Of a stretch of DNA of 64,000 nt, positions 32,204-46,800 are shown one piece after another. Source of the stretch: Antedon mediterranea (Eukaryota > Animalia > Echinodermata); NCBI RefSeq assembly GCF_964355755.1, contig NC_092674.1:27776001-27840000 (forward strand). The letters run 5' to 3'. Below the pieces are notes generated by a model that had not been told where the DNA came from, did not search any database, and saw only the letters and a program-made list of their open reading frames with translations. The translations under genes were made by a program, and so were the position numbers. Position 1 is the first letter of the stretch. Each line of letters begins with the position of its first letter.

Positions 32204-35200
32204 ATGGCGTTGTCACGAAATAAGAGCTACGTCCATACCCCCAGTCTGAAACCCTTTATTGGGCTGACGATGCACGAAATGTTGGAAGAGAGGGTGAAGA
32301 AAAATCCGGACAGAGAAATGTTTGTTTTTATCTGCGATAATGAACGAGTTACGTTCGCTGAATTTAAGAAAAGGGTGAGTATATTTGGTGCATCTATACA
32401 ATTGTTTAACAACTGAAAACGCAGTCATTGACTTATTTCGTGTGCCTGGTGGTGCTGTATGTGGGTTATTGTATTGTGTTACATGTGACATGCATGTTTA
32501 AATTGTAACCTTTTGAGCACAAAGTTTTGGTTACCAGTGTATTATAGTATACCAGAGAAGAGTGAAATTACAATTTCACATTTCAATTTCACAATTTCAA
32601 TTTAAAATTGTAATTTGACTCCTCTCTGAGTATGCTACATGTTTTTCCTCTCCCATTAAAAGACAAGGTTAGCCAATGCTTTTTGCGATTAAAGTTCTTT
32701 ACTTCGAATTTGGTGAATGGTGAAAACTTGTAAATATATGTAAACTTCTTTATGTTTCAGGTAATAGACTTAGCAGCCGGGTTCCTACTCAAACTTGGTC
32801 TTCGTCGTGGTGACTCTATAGCAGTTATGGGTGACAATCACATAGAATGGCCCCTTATAGCGGCTGCAGCGAGAGCTATAGGTGTATGTGTGGTAGGTAC
32901 CTTAGATGTGATGTTTTTAAAATGTATTTTACCCGTAACAATACAGTTAACTAAAATAATTTTTTTTTTCTTCAGGCAAATCTGTCAATTCGTCATACTC
33001 CTCAAACTTTTACGGAAATAATGACACAGGTATTTCATAAATTTCATATATTGTTTGATATTTCCATATTGTATTATTTTGACGCAATAACTTCATGTTC
33101 TTGTCATTGCTGTTTAACCCTCGATCCATAATAATATTAATATCTGCCAACATATTATTCAGGTATCGTGCAAAGCGTTGTTCATAACTCGTAGCCCTGA
33201 CACGCTTTACCAAATGGTTTGTGAAATGATTCCAAAGTTAAGTGAAAGTATTCCAGGTGACTTAAATTCAAAACAGTGAGTATTGGACAATTTGATTGTA
33301 ATGCTGTATTTAGGATCTTCCATCATTAAAATATGTCACTTCAAGTGGCTGGTGAGAAAGTATGGAATAACCTTCCTATATTATTGCAATAAGCGACCTC
33401 TTACAATGCGTTTAAATACAAATACAAAACACAACGAAAATGATGTATTTAGATAGAAACTTTAACTTGAGAACCCGTGTAACTTGTGATGTATTTACTT
33501 AACTTGTTATTATTAATAATTCTGTGTCTGTATTAAAAATGTAATTGTACTTGTATGTCTTTCTATAATCTAAAAAAAAATGTTTGTAATTTTTGTAACT
33601 TATAACTGTTCATTTTTATGCATGCATTTCATTTCATGGACCATTTGTAAGAACATTATTTTAATGAAAATGTCATCTATGTAAAATAAGTTTATAAATA
33701 AAGAAATAAATTATCATAATACTAATATGCTGTACATATGATTTCTTTAGGTTTCCTGAATTAAAGAAAGTCATAGCCGCTGGTTCAAATTGTAAAAGGT
33801 AAGCCATAGGTCGTAGTATACAACATTTCTTATTTTGTATTACACGCCCCAGGCCGCGATATTTATTTTCGTACATAAGTTTGGTTCCCACCCCCCCCCC
33901 CCTCCTTGAAACGTCACAAAATAAACATGAATATAATCAAAGAACTTTGTTATAAGTTCTTTGATGTAATAATATTAGTTATTTCCAGGTGTGACGTAAG
34001 AATTGAGCTAACTACAATTCGCTAATGCAAACGATTTCTGTCGAGCCATCTGTGTAGTCGAGTGGATAAGACTATGGACTTTACATGTCGATGTATGGGG
34101 TTCGACTCCAATGAGCTACTTCTTTTACTTTATAGTGAGCGAGAGATTATTTAGAGGGTTAGGTTTAGTTATATTTAGGAAGTAGTTCGGCTATCTTTCA
34201 CTTAGGTACAAAAAAAATCGCCCCGGCTCGCATAAGTTATCTTCACCTGCTGGAAGTCACATTTAAATTCTTTTTTTTTCAGTGGAACGTTGAATGTCGC
34301 TGATATTTCTATTTCTGGATGTGAGGAAGAAGTAACAAAAGCGGCCAAGAAAGTCACAATTGATGACGTCAGCCATTTTAATACGACATCGGTACTAAAA
34401 CATTCTCGTAGTATAGTCAATGATATATTATAACAAATATATTTTCACATTTGCTTAAATGTAAGATAAGTTATACGTAATTCTACTGAAAAGTGAATAC
34501 ATGTTCTTGGAATGAAAGATAACAGATTCATGATTCCAAACTGCCCCTAAATTGAGCTTATGAATATTTTTTATTCTACTATAGGGCACAACTGGGTTAC
34601 CTAAATTGGTACTGTATACTCATTTTCTAACACTCAATGGTAACGTCTTTGCACCAGATCAGTTTGACGAGAAACAAGTAAGCTAAACAAGTATTTAAGA
34701 TTTCTAGTTTCTTGTGCTATATCATGGAATGTGATAGATATGATTATAGCAAAGACGTAATTTTACTTAAACGTTAAAACGTTAATGAGAATACAAAAGG
34801 TTAGGATGTTTGATAACTACAACCAGAACAATGTTTATGACAACTAAGACGCCTATAACGACGACGGATACGCTTATGACGGCGATTGGCGCTTATGACG
34901 ACGAAGATCACGTTTATGACGACGAATAATTATTCTTATGACGACAACGAATACGTTTATGATGACGACGAATACGCGTATGTAGACGAATACGTTTATG
35001 ACGACGACGAATACGCTTATGACGACGAAGATCACGTTTATGACGACGAATATGCTTATGACGACGACGAATACGCTTATGACGACGACGAATACGCTTA
35101 TGACGACGACGAATACGCTGATGACAACGATAGGTGATGTTGATCTAAGGGATACATTGATTATGACAACTTCATTTTTTATACTGTAGATCAATAAATT

Positions 35201-38091
35201 AGCTTGCCTCTACAACACGATCCATAGTTTAGTAATGCAAATGAGTCAAGTAGCGCCACTTCTTTTCGGTACAACTTCAGTGTTCCCATCACCAGCCTAC
35301 AACTTTGACAAGTTTATTGAGGTTGTCGAAGCTGAAAGGTAAAATAGTGTGGAACGAACGAAGAGAGTAAAAAATGGATTTAAAATATTAACTTTGCTAT
35401 TCTATTAATTATTAAATATATTTATTTGCACATCAGATGCAGTAGATACGAATATGAGTGAAAACACATCGTTATGACTAGGCTATAATTTTCAGTTTGA
35501 AGGTGCGCATCATGCGCACGTCAAGTGATAATAGTCGCATAAAACAATGCAATGTTTATAATGAATTGTATCGATGACCAATCTGAAATTCTTTTTTAGA
35601 TGTACCTTTGTCTTTTTGGTTATTGATGGTGCAGTTGATCTTGCCTATAATTCTATATGTGACAAGTACGATCTGTCTTCATTGAAATCAGGTAATATTA
35701 TAGTTTACTGTTATTGAAAATAATAATAATATTACTATGATAAGTACATTACACTACTGAGAATTGTACGTTACTGAGAATCGAAACATACTTGTTTTGT
35801 AATAACAGGTTTTGCGGCTGGTTCACCCATTCCGTCAGATATTATTTTCGAGTTAAATAAAAAGCGTGGAATTCGTTTGTTGGTAAGTACGTAATTTAGG
35901 TTCTGGCGGCGATTCAACTTAATATAGGTAAACACGATTATGGCATACATGGCGTGTCATACGGAATGATCTAAATCACATAATTATGGACAAAAACCAA
36001 ATAAATACTAACAGAATAACAAATAGAATAGCTTAGGCTCTTAATCTTATTTTTCTTGGACGTACAAACAACAAGTTGTATCAATCGCTACAAGTGTTTT
36101 GCTTTTTATTAGAATCTTTATGGAGCAACAGAAGCCCCCCGAGTCAGCTCGATGGTAGTCGATGATAACCCGGATGTTTGGAATACATCAGGCCGCCCTT
36201 TCCAAAATATAGAGGTAAGACAAATTATCTTTGTTTCAGCTTGTCATTCCATTCTGTTTATAAACTTTGATGTATAATAGTACTATTAAATGAATCCTAC
36301 AGCTTCAAATAGTTGATGAAGAAGGCTGTCCCGTAGAAGTGGGAGAGAAAGGAGAGGTTTGGGTACGAAGTCCGCTTGCGTTCAGAGGTTACCATGGTGA
36401 TATTGAGAAAACAAAACAGACGATCACTGAAAACGGATGGATTAAAATGGGGTACTATCACAACTTTTATATAAATTTACTAAATAGATACAATATTAGT
36501 AAATATTCTTACTCCTATCACATTTATACAATATTTTTTTTCAGAGATATTGGTAAGCTAAGTGAAGATGGCTACCTGACAATAGTTGGTCGAATTAAGG
36601 TACAGGAATTAAATACATATTTTCATCTTTTGCTTCTCGTGAATATCATTTCAGAACAGCCTATCGAATACCACGATTAGCTTGGAAGTCTGAAAAAATG
36701 TAACAATTAGGGGAATTTATTTATTTATTTTCTTGCAATACGCTGACACGCTTGTTAAAAACAATGTTACATTGATTATTTGACAATTATTTTATTTTTA
36801 GGACATAATTATCAAAATGGTTTATAAAATCCATCCATCAGAAGTGGAAAGTTTAGTAATAACTCATCCAGCCGTAAACAGTGCACAGGTAGGTGAATTG
36901 TCTTTAGTAATGTTACTGCGCCATTGCCATAGTTACATGGTTTTATGCTCCGGAGAACAAGGCATGTAAAGTGTATCACAAAGAAACCTACATTCAATAC
37001 TATTAATACTGCACGGTTGTAAGCCGACCCTATAAATAATTTAGAAAAATACTCTACGCTTCTGCCTAAGTATTGCTTCAAGTCTTATTTTGATAATGCA
37101 GCGTTTTTCTTTTTCTTTTCACAGGTTGTAGCTATACCAGATTACAGAATCAATGAAGATGTGTGTGCATGTGTTAAGTAAGTATAATTTTGTTACTAAA
37201 AATGTTCGTTTATGCAGTTTAAAAATAAGTATAAGCAAGTTACTATGTAAATCCAATAAATATAATTTGGTTTTTTTAATCGATGTATTATTTCAGATTA
37301 AATGAAGGTTACAATGTCACTGAAGAAGAACTGAAAACTTTCTTTGAGGGAAAGGTAGACAACCTCAAGTTATATCAAATAAATACAAGAAGTTATTACT
37401 CGTACTTAATGCTTGCAAAGCAACTGATACCGAAACCTCCGTGTTTGATAATCAGTTTTGTTTTATGATTTTTTTTTAGATTGCAGATTTAAAGAAGCCG
37501 TCTTACTTTCTAATTTGTGACTCCTTCCCAACAGGTGCTACAGGAAAGGTGAGTTACTTTATAGTGATTGTTACCCAAAGTAAGTTATTGGTTATGTTGG
37601 GTAATTATAAGTTTAATAATATACAAATAGTAGGCCTACATATATATCTCTTAAAAAATGTACTTCCATCGCGCGCGAAAAACCGCGAAAGTCATAACAT
37701 TAACATTCGCGACGAAAGTACAAAATAGGTGGCGCTGTTGTATTTCAAAAGCAATAGTATAAAATAATATTTTCCAAACGCGAGCAGATTTTTTTTTCGT
37801 ACACGAAAAAGTACTATTAAATGATCGTTTAATAGTGCGTACTATTGCACGCCATGTGACCCACAATCGTCCAATCAAATGACAGGAATTTATTTAGGTG
37901 TTATATAAAAGTTTTAATGTGAATGCACACAATATAATTAATAGATCATCCTTGCTATAATAGATTTCAACATGCCATTTAGATCGTGTCATTAACAACC
38001 TAATTATTATTTACAGGTTGATCGTAAGAAGCTACAACAGATGGCTATTGGTCGAATTAACTTACCAGACAATCCATACCGAACAAAGTAA
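32204..38091 (+). CDS. ACSF2-like: ACSF2-like acyl-CoA synthetase, copy 4; 18 coding exons, open frame, altered hinge motif
   Basis: MALSRNKSYVH; TSGTTGLPK; YGATE; GRIKDIIIKMVYKIHP; GKVDRKKL; ends NPYRTK* (TAA 38089-38091). Confidence 0.85.
34040..34125 (+). mobile_element. tRNA-derived SINE head
   Basis: A box tagtcgagtgg and B box ggttcgactcc at tRNA-like spacing, but no good cloverleaf. Confidence 0.5.
34840..35135. repeat. ~21-bp tandem repeat (GACGACGACGAATACGCTTAT) in intron 7 of copy 4
   Basis: Directly visible; it produces the DDDEYAY-repeat ORF and the overlapping low-complexity ORFs. Confidence 0.9.
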
Positions 38092-38299
38092 AACACGCTC
38101 ATTAAAATATATAATATATTTTATCTATTCCACGAAATGCTTGTTCAGTCTTTTGCGAGGTCACTGAAACACAGCGTGTCTATTAAACTGTTTACGATGC
38201 TATTATGACATCAATCCTATTTTATTGATGGATCACAATCGATGGCCAAAACTATTACTTACTTCTTTGCTTGACTTAAACTGTAATTTTTAATCTATT

Positions 38300-38830
38300 A
38301 AGTTATAAGATTGTAAATCACTTAGAAAACCTATTTACTAAAGGTAATGCAAATGATATATTTGAATATATTCGTAAAAACAAAGAAATTGTTAATTCAC
38401 ATTGGGTGTGCCCTCTTAAACAATCTCTATTTGATTTATCAATTGCTAATTGGAGCCAAGAGTTAAATACAAAATCACCACTCAACGAATACAAATCTTT
38501 AAAAAAAAACCTTGTCCCCATGTTGTGACACATGCAATGTTATTGAGAATGATAAACATATGTTAGTAGAGTGCATAACAGTAAAATGTTTATGGAGAGA
38601 GATAAACGAAATAATTAGAGCAGTAAGCATACATATTCCTGTTTTTTCTTTCAAAAGACTTTTATTTGAAACTGACAATAATTACGTAAATAAATTATAC
38701 ACTTTAGGAGCATTTGTATTTATAAAGTAAAGATATTAAGTTTATTGGAAAAAGAAAAAAAAATCAATCTCCTACAAATGTTTAAATCTGAAAAAAAGAT
38801 AAGAAATATGTAAATCTGCAGGTATACTAT
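38300..38830 (+). mobile_element. Decayed non-LTR retrotransposon 3' end (L1/Tx1-like CCHC region)
   Basis: ORF 38512-38730 contains CDTCNVIENDKHMLVEC...LW, the C-x2-C..E..H....C zinc knuckle found after RT domains. Confidence 0.55.
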
Positions 38831-39169
38831 ATATGCTCAACCAGATTAAGGAAGAAAATATGTAAATGAGATACCATGAATGATGAATCTATTATTTTTC
38901 CTTGCTACTATACTGTATATTTTGTAAATATGTATACCTTGATGATTTGAAAACAAAAAGACAAAATGTGAAAAGCTTTTTATAGATTGATGATAAAAAA
39001 AAATGATGAAGGATAAGAAGGTTTAGGTTTAAGTGGTGAAGTGTTTTCATCAAAGCTTTCATATTATAGGTATATACCGTATATAGGTAATTTGCACATT
39101 CTTACTGCATGTGGAATTTTGAAATGATAAAATGGTTAAAAAGAAAAAAAAAATGTCTAATTTTTTTAA

Positions 39170-39746
39170 TGGATCATTAAACACAAATGTTGTTAAATGA
39201 TAATGTATGTATAAAAAAATAATAGAATAAATAATAAGTTAAAAAAAATAATTGAATGAACCCACATAGGAAAAAAAAAGTTAAATGAAACTTTGATGGG
39301 TTATACTGTAGATGCAAAAAAAGATAATCTGTTGGAAATAAATTTTGTAAACATTTAAAGATCAAAAAAATCAATGTTAAAGGATGAGGAAAATATAATG
39401 TTAACAGTAAAAAGTTAGTAAGTAATTAGTATAACTGAGAATATGCATTGTTTAAATGAAAATATGTTTGCATAGATAAATCCAAAGAAAAATAAAATGG
39501 GACAAACCCATGGGATGGATTTATTAAACATAAACGTATTATAATTGTATGAAATAAATATGCATGTAAATGAAAAAAAAACCAAAAACAACTATGTAAG
39601 AAAAAATAAGCTTTGTTAATGAAAATGTGTTATAGATAATATGTATAAAAAGAGGAAACTATGTAATCAATGTGGTTAAATGATAATGTATGTATAAACA
39701 AAATAATATATGGAAATAGTTTTTTTTTTTTTTTTTTAAAGAAAAT

Positions 39747-39787
<41 letters not shown>

Positions 39788-40275
39788 GGAATGAATCCAC
39801 ATAAGAGAAGAAAGTAAAAACGTTAAATGAAAATTTAAGAAGTTATAGATGCAAAAAAGGATCTGCTGGTTTTGTAAACATTAAAGAACAAAAATATTAA
39901 TATTAATGTTAAAGGATGTGAACAATATTATGTTAACAGTAAACATTTAGTAAGTAATGAGTATAACAGAGAATATGCATTGTTAAACGAAAATGTGGTA
40001 GATGAAAAAATCAAAAACAACTATGTAAGAAAAAAAAAATAAGCTTGTTAATGAAAATGTGTTACAGATAATATGTCTAAAAAGAGGAAGCTATGTAATC
40101 AATGTGATAATATGTAAACAAATGAATAAAACTCTTTAAATAAGTATATGTATACAGATGATTAAACAAACATTGTAAATATAATGATATGTATAGTGTA
40201 TAGTGAAAAATATATGTAAAGAGAACAGTGGTATGGAAATAAAAGTGGGATGAACCCACATAAGATAAAAAAAAA
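39170..40275. repeat. A-rich tandem duplication with ~500-bp period
   Basis: Shared anchors aaatgataatgtatgtataaa (~39195/~39678), gttaaaggatg (~39376/~39908) and aaaacaactatgtaagaaaaaa (~39585/~40015). Confidence 0.75.
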
Positions 40276-40284
40276 AAAAACCTT

Positions 40285-40710
40285 GTCTTGAAACTTACCT
40301 TCTGGACAAAACAGATTTTGAAGGGGTAAGCATCAAACTTAAGCTGCGCACAAATACTCTGCCATTAGAAGGTAGAAAATGCAATTGGCTACTTGAAAGT
40401 GATGGTTTATGTAGTCTTTGCAATATGAAAAACGTATAGAAAACGTAACACACTTCCTATTTGAATGTCCTGCTTACGACAACATTAGAAAAGAAGAAAC
40501 CATGAGATTAAAACTACAATTGCAATCTTCTAACCTTAATCATATTTGGCACTTATTCATAAACTCTAATACTGATGTTAAAATACACCTAACACTTGGA
40601 AGTGACTATCATGTGTTCAGTAAAGAAACCCATCTAATACTTGATAAATTTTGCAAAATATATACCAAAAGAGCATGGAAAAAGCGCTCCGCAATTATCA
40701 ATTAATAGAT
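40285..40710 (+). mobile_element. Decayed LINE ORF2 C-terminus
   Basis: KLRTNTLPLEGRK...LCSLC, then in another frame ENVTHFLFECPAYDNIR: the typical CCHC tail of RT ORFs. Confidence 0.65.
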
Positions 40711-41701
40711 CTAGAGATTGTACCAGATTTCCGTTCTGTATTGCAGAGTAAGACTTGCATAGTGTAAATTTCTGTTGTTGTTTTTTTTTTACTGTATCAG
40801 TTGATTTTAAAATGCCTTGTCATTCATTTATTTCTTATGTTTAACTTTATAATGTAATTTGTTAATTTTGCAAATGTAATTTCTGTTCATTTTAGGCCTT
40901 TTATTTATATCTGTATTTTGTATCATCATTGTAAACAATACTTAACTGCTGCATGGAGACTTTAAATTTATATTTAGAAAACTTTAAAAACACAATTAAA
41001 TCAGGATTATAATTTGAGGTATAATGGTTAATAAAACACTAAAAATAAGATTAAATATTAAAATTAGGAAAATCGAAATAATAATAAAAATAATACTACT
41101 TTAACTAAATAACACATAAAGATCATAACTCATAACATAATTAAATGATATACAGTATTAACAAGAACATAAATAATAAAATAATAATAAACAATATAAT
41201 ATTTAAATTAAATGACATTTTTAATGATAGGTCCAAAAATAATTCTTTAAAAATAACATATTAAAACATTGATAATAATACTAATAATAAATAATAACAC
41301 TCCATCAAAGTTAAGTATTGTACTTTTTGCTCTTTAGTTTCTTTTTGTACAATCCGTTTCCTTTCATTTAAATGTTTTTTGTTTTATTTTCTCTTTATAC
41401 TTTTATTTAGCCTTCAGGCTTATGTAATATATGTAAGAACGCACCGTCCAGAAGAACGTGTGCCGCCGATTTAAAGGCGTATGTTCAATAAAGTTATTAT
41501 TATTATTATGACACGATAAATGAATAGAATAGATTATGATTTTAAGGATATAGGCCTAGTATGTTGGAAGATATTCCAGTATCATTATCAAATGAAGACA
41601 GTAAAAACGAGTATTATATATCAGCATACGTAACACAATGTGTATTTAATCACTATTATTATAAAGTAAATGAAAACAAAAACATTTATTATGTACAACA
41701 G

Positions 41702-41945
41702 TAAAGGTAAAAAGGTAAAGGTGAGTCCCGTGTTCTCTGAACGTAGGGGAATGAGCTGTTAGGAGCTCATTGTACTAAGCCTCGGCATTATGTTGTAGGG
41801 TGGCCAGTTCCTTTCCACGCCGCCTTTTTTCTCCCTAGTATTTTCAACCAGGTACTCATTTACAGCTGAGTGGACTGGGAGTTGTCGGGAATTGAACCCG
41901 GGTCTATCTGTATGACAGTCAAGTGTCCTAACCACTCGGCTATCA
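41702..41945 (-). mobile_element. tRNA-derived SINE with Nin/Deu-like central domain and (CCTTTA)n-type tail
   Basis: Minus strand tagccgagtggttagg..gggttcaattccc (A and B boxes), then tccactcagctgtaaatgagtacctgg, ending cctttacctttttacctttac. Confidence 0.75.
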
Positions 41946-42179
41946 ACAACTCCAACAGTAGAATCCCCATAAATTATACAATTTGATAGAGGTTCCCGTT
42001 TACACGGGAAATACCGATGGTGTACCCTAAATACAGAGGTGTCAGATGAAAGGGATTCTGGTGTAATTTTTTTCTTTTCAATTTCAATTTTTTCTATCTT
42101 TTTTTGTCGTATTTATATGGTGTTGGTTGGTAAAAACAATCATTATTGATTGAACAGGTTGTACTACACATCAGTCTCG

Positions 42180-42216
<37 letters not shown>

Positions 42217-42454
42217 AAATAAAGTATTAAAGATTTAATTAATAAAGATTCCTGAAATTTATACAATGACATTTGTAATGTCTTGATAATTGATATTCAA
42301 ACGAGAAACAATAAACATTATTTAATGTGTCATACCATGACAAGAAAATTGTTTTTCTTCTAATACAGTATACCCAATAATGGTGTTTAAAATGCAATAA
42401 TTAGGCCTATATATGTATTGTTATTTTGCCATTATTGAAATTAATAAATGTTCT

Positions 42455-42805
42455 TTAAAGATGTATTGTCCCCCTGAAAAAATTATTCTTAAACAAAGAT
42501 GTGTTGAATATTCCATTTTAATGTAAACAGTTATCCACTTTGACCAAAAATTGGGTCTAAAAAAGTGTATTTACCTGAAAAAAAAAGTAATTTAAAGCAA
42601 AAAATTGTCAAATTGGCTGCCAGCCAATGGATTATTGGTTGAATTTAACCATTTATTTTGTCATTTTACTAGTGACAACATTATTTTTTTCGGGGTTTTT
42701 TTCTATGGAAGTGATTAACTTTATATTAACTACAAAATAAGGTATTCAAAGTCTGATTTAATTAATCTTAATTTCTCATGTTTTTGGGGGACAAAACATC
42801 TTTAA
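42455..42805. mobile_element. Non-autonomous TTAA-targeting DNA transposon (Kolobok-like AG...CT ends), copy A
   Basis: TTAA-AGATGTATTGTCCCC ... GGGGACAAAACATCT-TTAA; second copy at 51891-52216. Confidence 0.8.
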
Positions 42806-43860
42806 ATAAAAAATGTATACTTTACTTGATTTGTTGCCCTGCTATTATTATGATCATGAATCACCTGCCTTTTCTAGCGGTGAAACACAATGCTATTGCC
42901 TTGTTTCCTTTTATACAATGTTTCTTGATTTCAAGTTACATTATAACTCATAGTGGAATTAACATTTGATATATAATGTGTACAGGTATAAAGAAAGTAA
43001 AGTAACAGAGAAAGTCAATTCAGAGCTATTTGTGATAAAAAAATAAAAAAAAGGATGGGGTTAAACACACACTACTCACTAAGACGTCCTTTTGATATGC
43101 AAACATATAACGGTGACGTCATCTCGGGGCAAGCTACAGCTGTGTTCGTACTCAAAATTCTATGCTGACCAAACACGTCTTGGGTTGTACTAGTAGAACC
43201 AGTGGAGGGAGCAATAACGACAAATTATCGGGGGTGGCGTGGTGGTGGAATATCATTTACGTCCTAACAAAAGGATTTCTAGAGGCTAGCAAACATGCAA
43301 CTTTCCAAGTGAAATGTAACCTGGTGAAATGTGATTAAAAGTAAGCTGTGGTTATCAGAATGGGTTGGGTCCTTTTAAAACGCCGACGAAGGTATGTATT
43401 CACGACAACGTAGGCCTACTGTCTAGTGTGATCAATAAATTGACTATTTATTTTTAGTGAATAATAAAATAAACTTGGAATTTTCTCCTATTGTGTCTAT
43501 CTAATCTTCTTATCTAATAAAGTCATTGCATATTCTTGACACGCTATTAAGTTTCGTGAGCCAACTTTTCATTATCACACACATTTATTTCTCTTATTGA
43601 AAACGATATATGTCTGCCTTTCCAATTATTGGCCTTATTTCAACAAAATTCACCATTGTGTGGGTCTAAATTTCATGTTACCATCACTCGTAATTTTTAA
43701 TAGGTGATTTATGTTTGCTCATTGGTCATTACACTGTATTCTATACTGCATATAAGTTACCGGTAGGCTACGGTAACATTGTTCTTGTCGCGAAAAATAA
43801 AGCTTGTTCCACTGTAAAATTGAGTAGAGAGAATCGATCGTTCGTAAGATATTTTGTAGA

Positions 43861-46800
43861 ATGGCGTTGTCGCAAAAGAAGAGCTACGTGCATGCCCCAG
43901 GTATGAAGCCCTTTATTGGGCTGACGATGCACGAAATGTTGGAAGAGAGAGTGAAGAAAAATCCGGACAGAGAAATGCTTGTTTTTGTCAGCGATAATGA
44001 ACGAGTTACGTTTGCTGAATTCAAGAAAAGGGTGAGAAGTTTATGTACATCTGTACGAATGAAAACGCAGTCATTGTTCTACCGTTACCGTATAATATGA
44101 CGTTTTTATTGTATAATGTATTACGTGACCGTGCATTTCTAAATTTCATGGTAAAGCTTTTTACAAGTTTTGGAGAACCAATGTATGTAGTAATAATAGT
44201 TTAAAACGACAACAACTGTGCTTTTTGTCTCCTAACGTTACTTCAAATTATTATAAATGTACAACTCCTTACTTTTTCTTCAGGTAATAGACTTAGCAGC
44301 CGGGTTCCTACTCAAACTTGGTCTTCGTCGTGGTGATCGTATAGCTGTTATAGGTTACAACCACGTAGAATGGCCCCTTATAACGGCTTCAGCGAGAGCT
44401 ATAGGAGTTGGGGTGGTAGGTATCACAGATTATATATTTATGTCATATCAGTAACTAATTTCAAGCTCTTATCTCTGTTTAATGTAATTTTTACCTAAAA
44501 TAATTGCATTTTCTTTTCAGGCTAATCTACAAATTGGTCATACTCCTGAAACTTTTAAGAAAATATTGACAAAGGTATGTATCATATGTGTTTTAATAGG
44601 TTTCTCAATTAGTATTGTCTCATTATTGTATTGATGCAATAACCATATATACATTATCTGTTAACCCTCGGCTGTGATCCAGAATAACAATATTTGGAAA
44701 AATACTATTTCACAGGTATCGTGCAAAGCGCTGTTCATAACTCGTAGCCCGGACACACTTTACCAAATGGCTTGTGAAATGATTCCAGAGTTAAGTGAAA
44801 GTATTCCAGGTGACCTGAATTCAAAACAGTGAGATATATATTTTTCAATTTGTCAAAAGGTTAATTTCTATATAATGCTTACTCTACTTTACTGATATAG
44901 GTAGAATATATCTACCTAAATATGTTTGTAATTGTATAAGCTACCTATAAGTTGTTATTTTAAAATCATTGTGGCTCCCTTACATCACAAAACACATTAG
45001 TCAAATCAAATGTATTCACCTCCCTTAGGAGAAACATTTACAAAACTGTTATCACATCAAAATGAAGATTCACACGAGTCAAAAGATTAAAATGGTTTTA
45101 ACATGTTAAATAAGGTGTAAACGCCATCACAGATACCATGATTGACACAATCCACAGATTTATACATTTTTAAAAGATTATGACGTTATGTACTATTAAA
45201 AACAATATTACAAATAGAAAGTCTTTGCTTATATACGGTATTATTATAATATACTTTTGATGATTTCTCTAGGTTCCCTGGATTAAAGAGTATCATAGCC
45301 GCTGGTTCAAATTCTAAAAGGTAATAAAGAAACACTTTGTATAAATCATTTCTTATTATGTGTATTTATTTATTTTTTATCATATTTAATGAGGTTGATC
45401 AATCCACCAATTGCTGATCAATAGGGACCCTCAGAGGTTCACAAGACAAACATATACACACGATGCTCTACATAAACAAAGTCTTTGGGAGTGGAGTTGT
45501 AATTTTGTCCTTAGAAAAAATCCTGACATGTGACGGGACTTGAACCCAGGACCATTGGAGTGGTAGCCAAGCATCATAAGCCACAACTTCACTCCTAATT
45601 GTATAAGTCCAGAGTCCACATATATCTTGATTTTCTAGTCTTCTCATCTGCTGACAGTAAATGTTATCTTATTTTCAGTGGAACGTTGAATTTCGATGAA
45701 ATATCTATTTCTGGATGTGAGGAAGAAGTAGCAAAAGCGGCGAAGAAAGTCACAATTGATGACGTCAGCCATTTTAATATGACATCGGTACAATTATTGT
45801 CGGATTTATCATAATTTATAATTTATTTATCGCCCTAAGTTGAGAATAATTTAAAACCTAATCAGGATTTTCACGTTGTTTACATTAAATCTAAGATAGA
45901 AAAGTCTGTTTAAGATTTAGATAATCTTAATGGATTAATGATTGCCAATCCCGGAACTTGAGCTTATGTTTGTTTTCTATTCTACAATAGGGCACAACTG
46001 GAACACCCAAATTGGTACCGTATACTCATTTCCGAACACTCAATGGCAACCTCTTTGTACCAGATCAGTTTGACGAGAGAAAGGTAGGCTAAATAGAGAA
46101 TTTGCAATGTTAGTGCTCATATTACACCAATATTATATAAACTTCACTGGCTTCCAATTAAACAACGAATTATTTTTAAACTAATGTTAATTACATATAA
46201 ATCTCTTCACGACAAATCACCATCATATATTTCCAATTTAATTATACGTAGATCTTAAGTGTGTAAAAGATCTCTCATCCATCTGCACTTTTTGTTCCAC
46301 CCAGCCGCCTATACTGTGGAATAATCTTCCTGATCCTATTATCAAAACACTCTTAAAACCCATCTTATTTCTTTGTAATGTCTTTCTGTTTTTTCTCTCA
46401 GCGCTTTGGGATAATCTTTTGATTGTGTAAGCGCTATATAAATCGAACAACATTAACATTATAAAACACTAAACAAATTCTTTATATTAAAGGTAAACAT
46501 ATTAACAGGTGTTGGTAACATGGCCCACATTGTACCAATGCAATCGAGTCAAATAGCGCCACTTATATTCGGTACAACTGCAGTGTTTCCTGCACCAATC
46601 TACAACTTCGAAAAGTTAATTCAGGCTGTCGAATCTGAAAGGTAAAGTAGTGCGCGAAAGGTAAAGTGTGCGCGAAATATTAAAACAAAAATGTATACGC
46701 GCACAATTTAACGAATTGAAATACGTTTGCTTATAATTTATTCCTACGCCAGTTACAGTAGATACGAAACTGAGACGTAACAAGTTTGAAGGTGCGTGTC

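Noticed and set aside
34874-35194. Asp/Tyr-rich (DDDEYAY) or Val-rich protein ORFs
   Set aside because: By-products of a 21-bp intronic repeat; exons 7 and 8 splice in frame without it and no convincing splice sites flank it.
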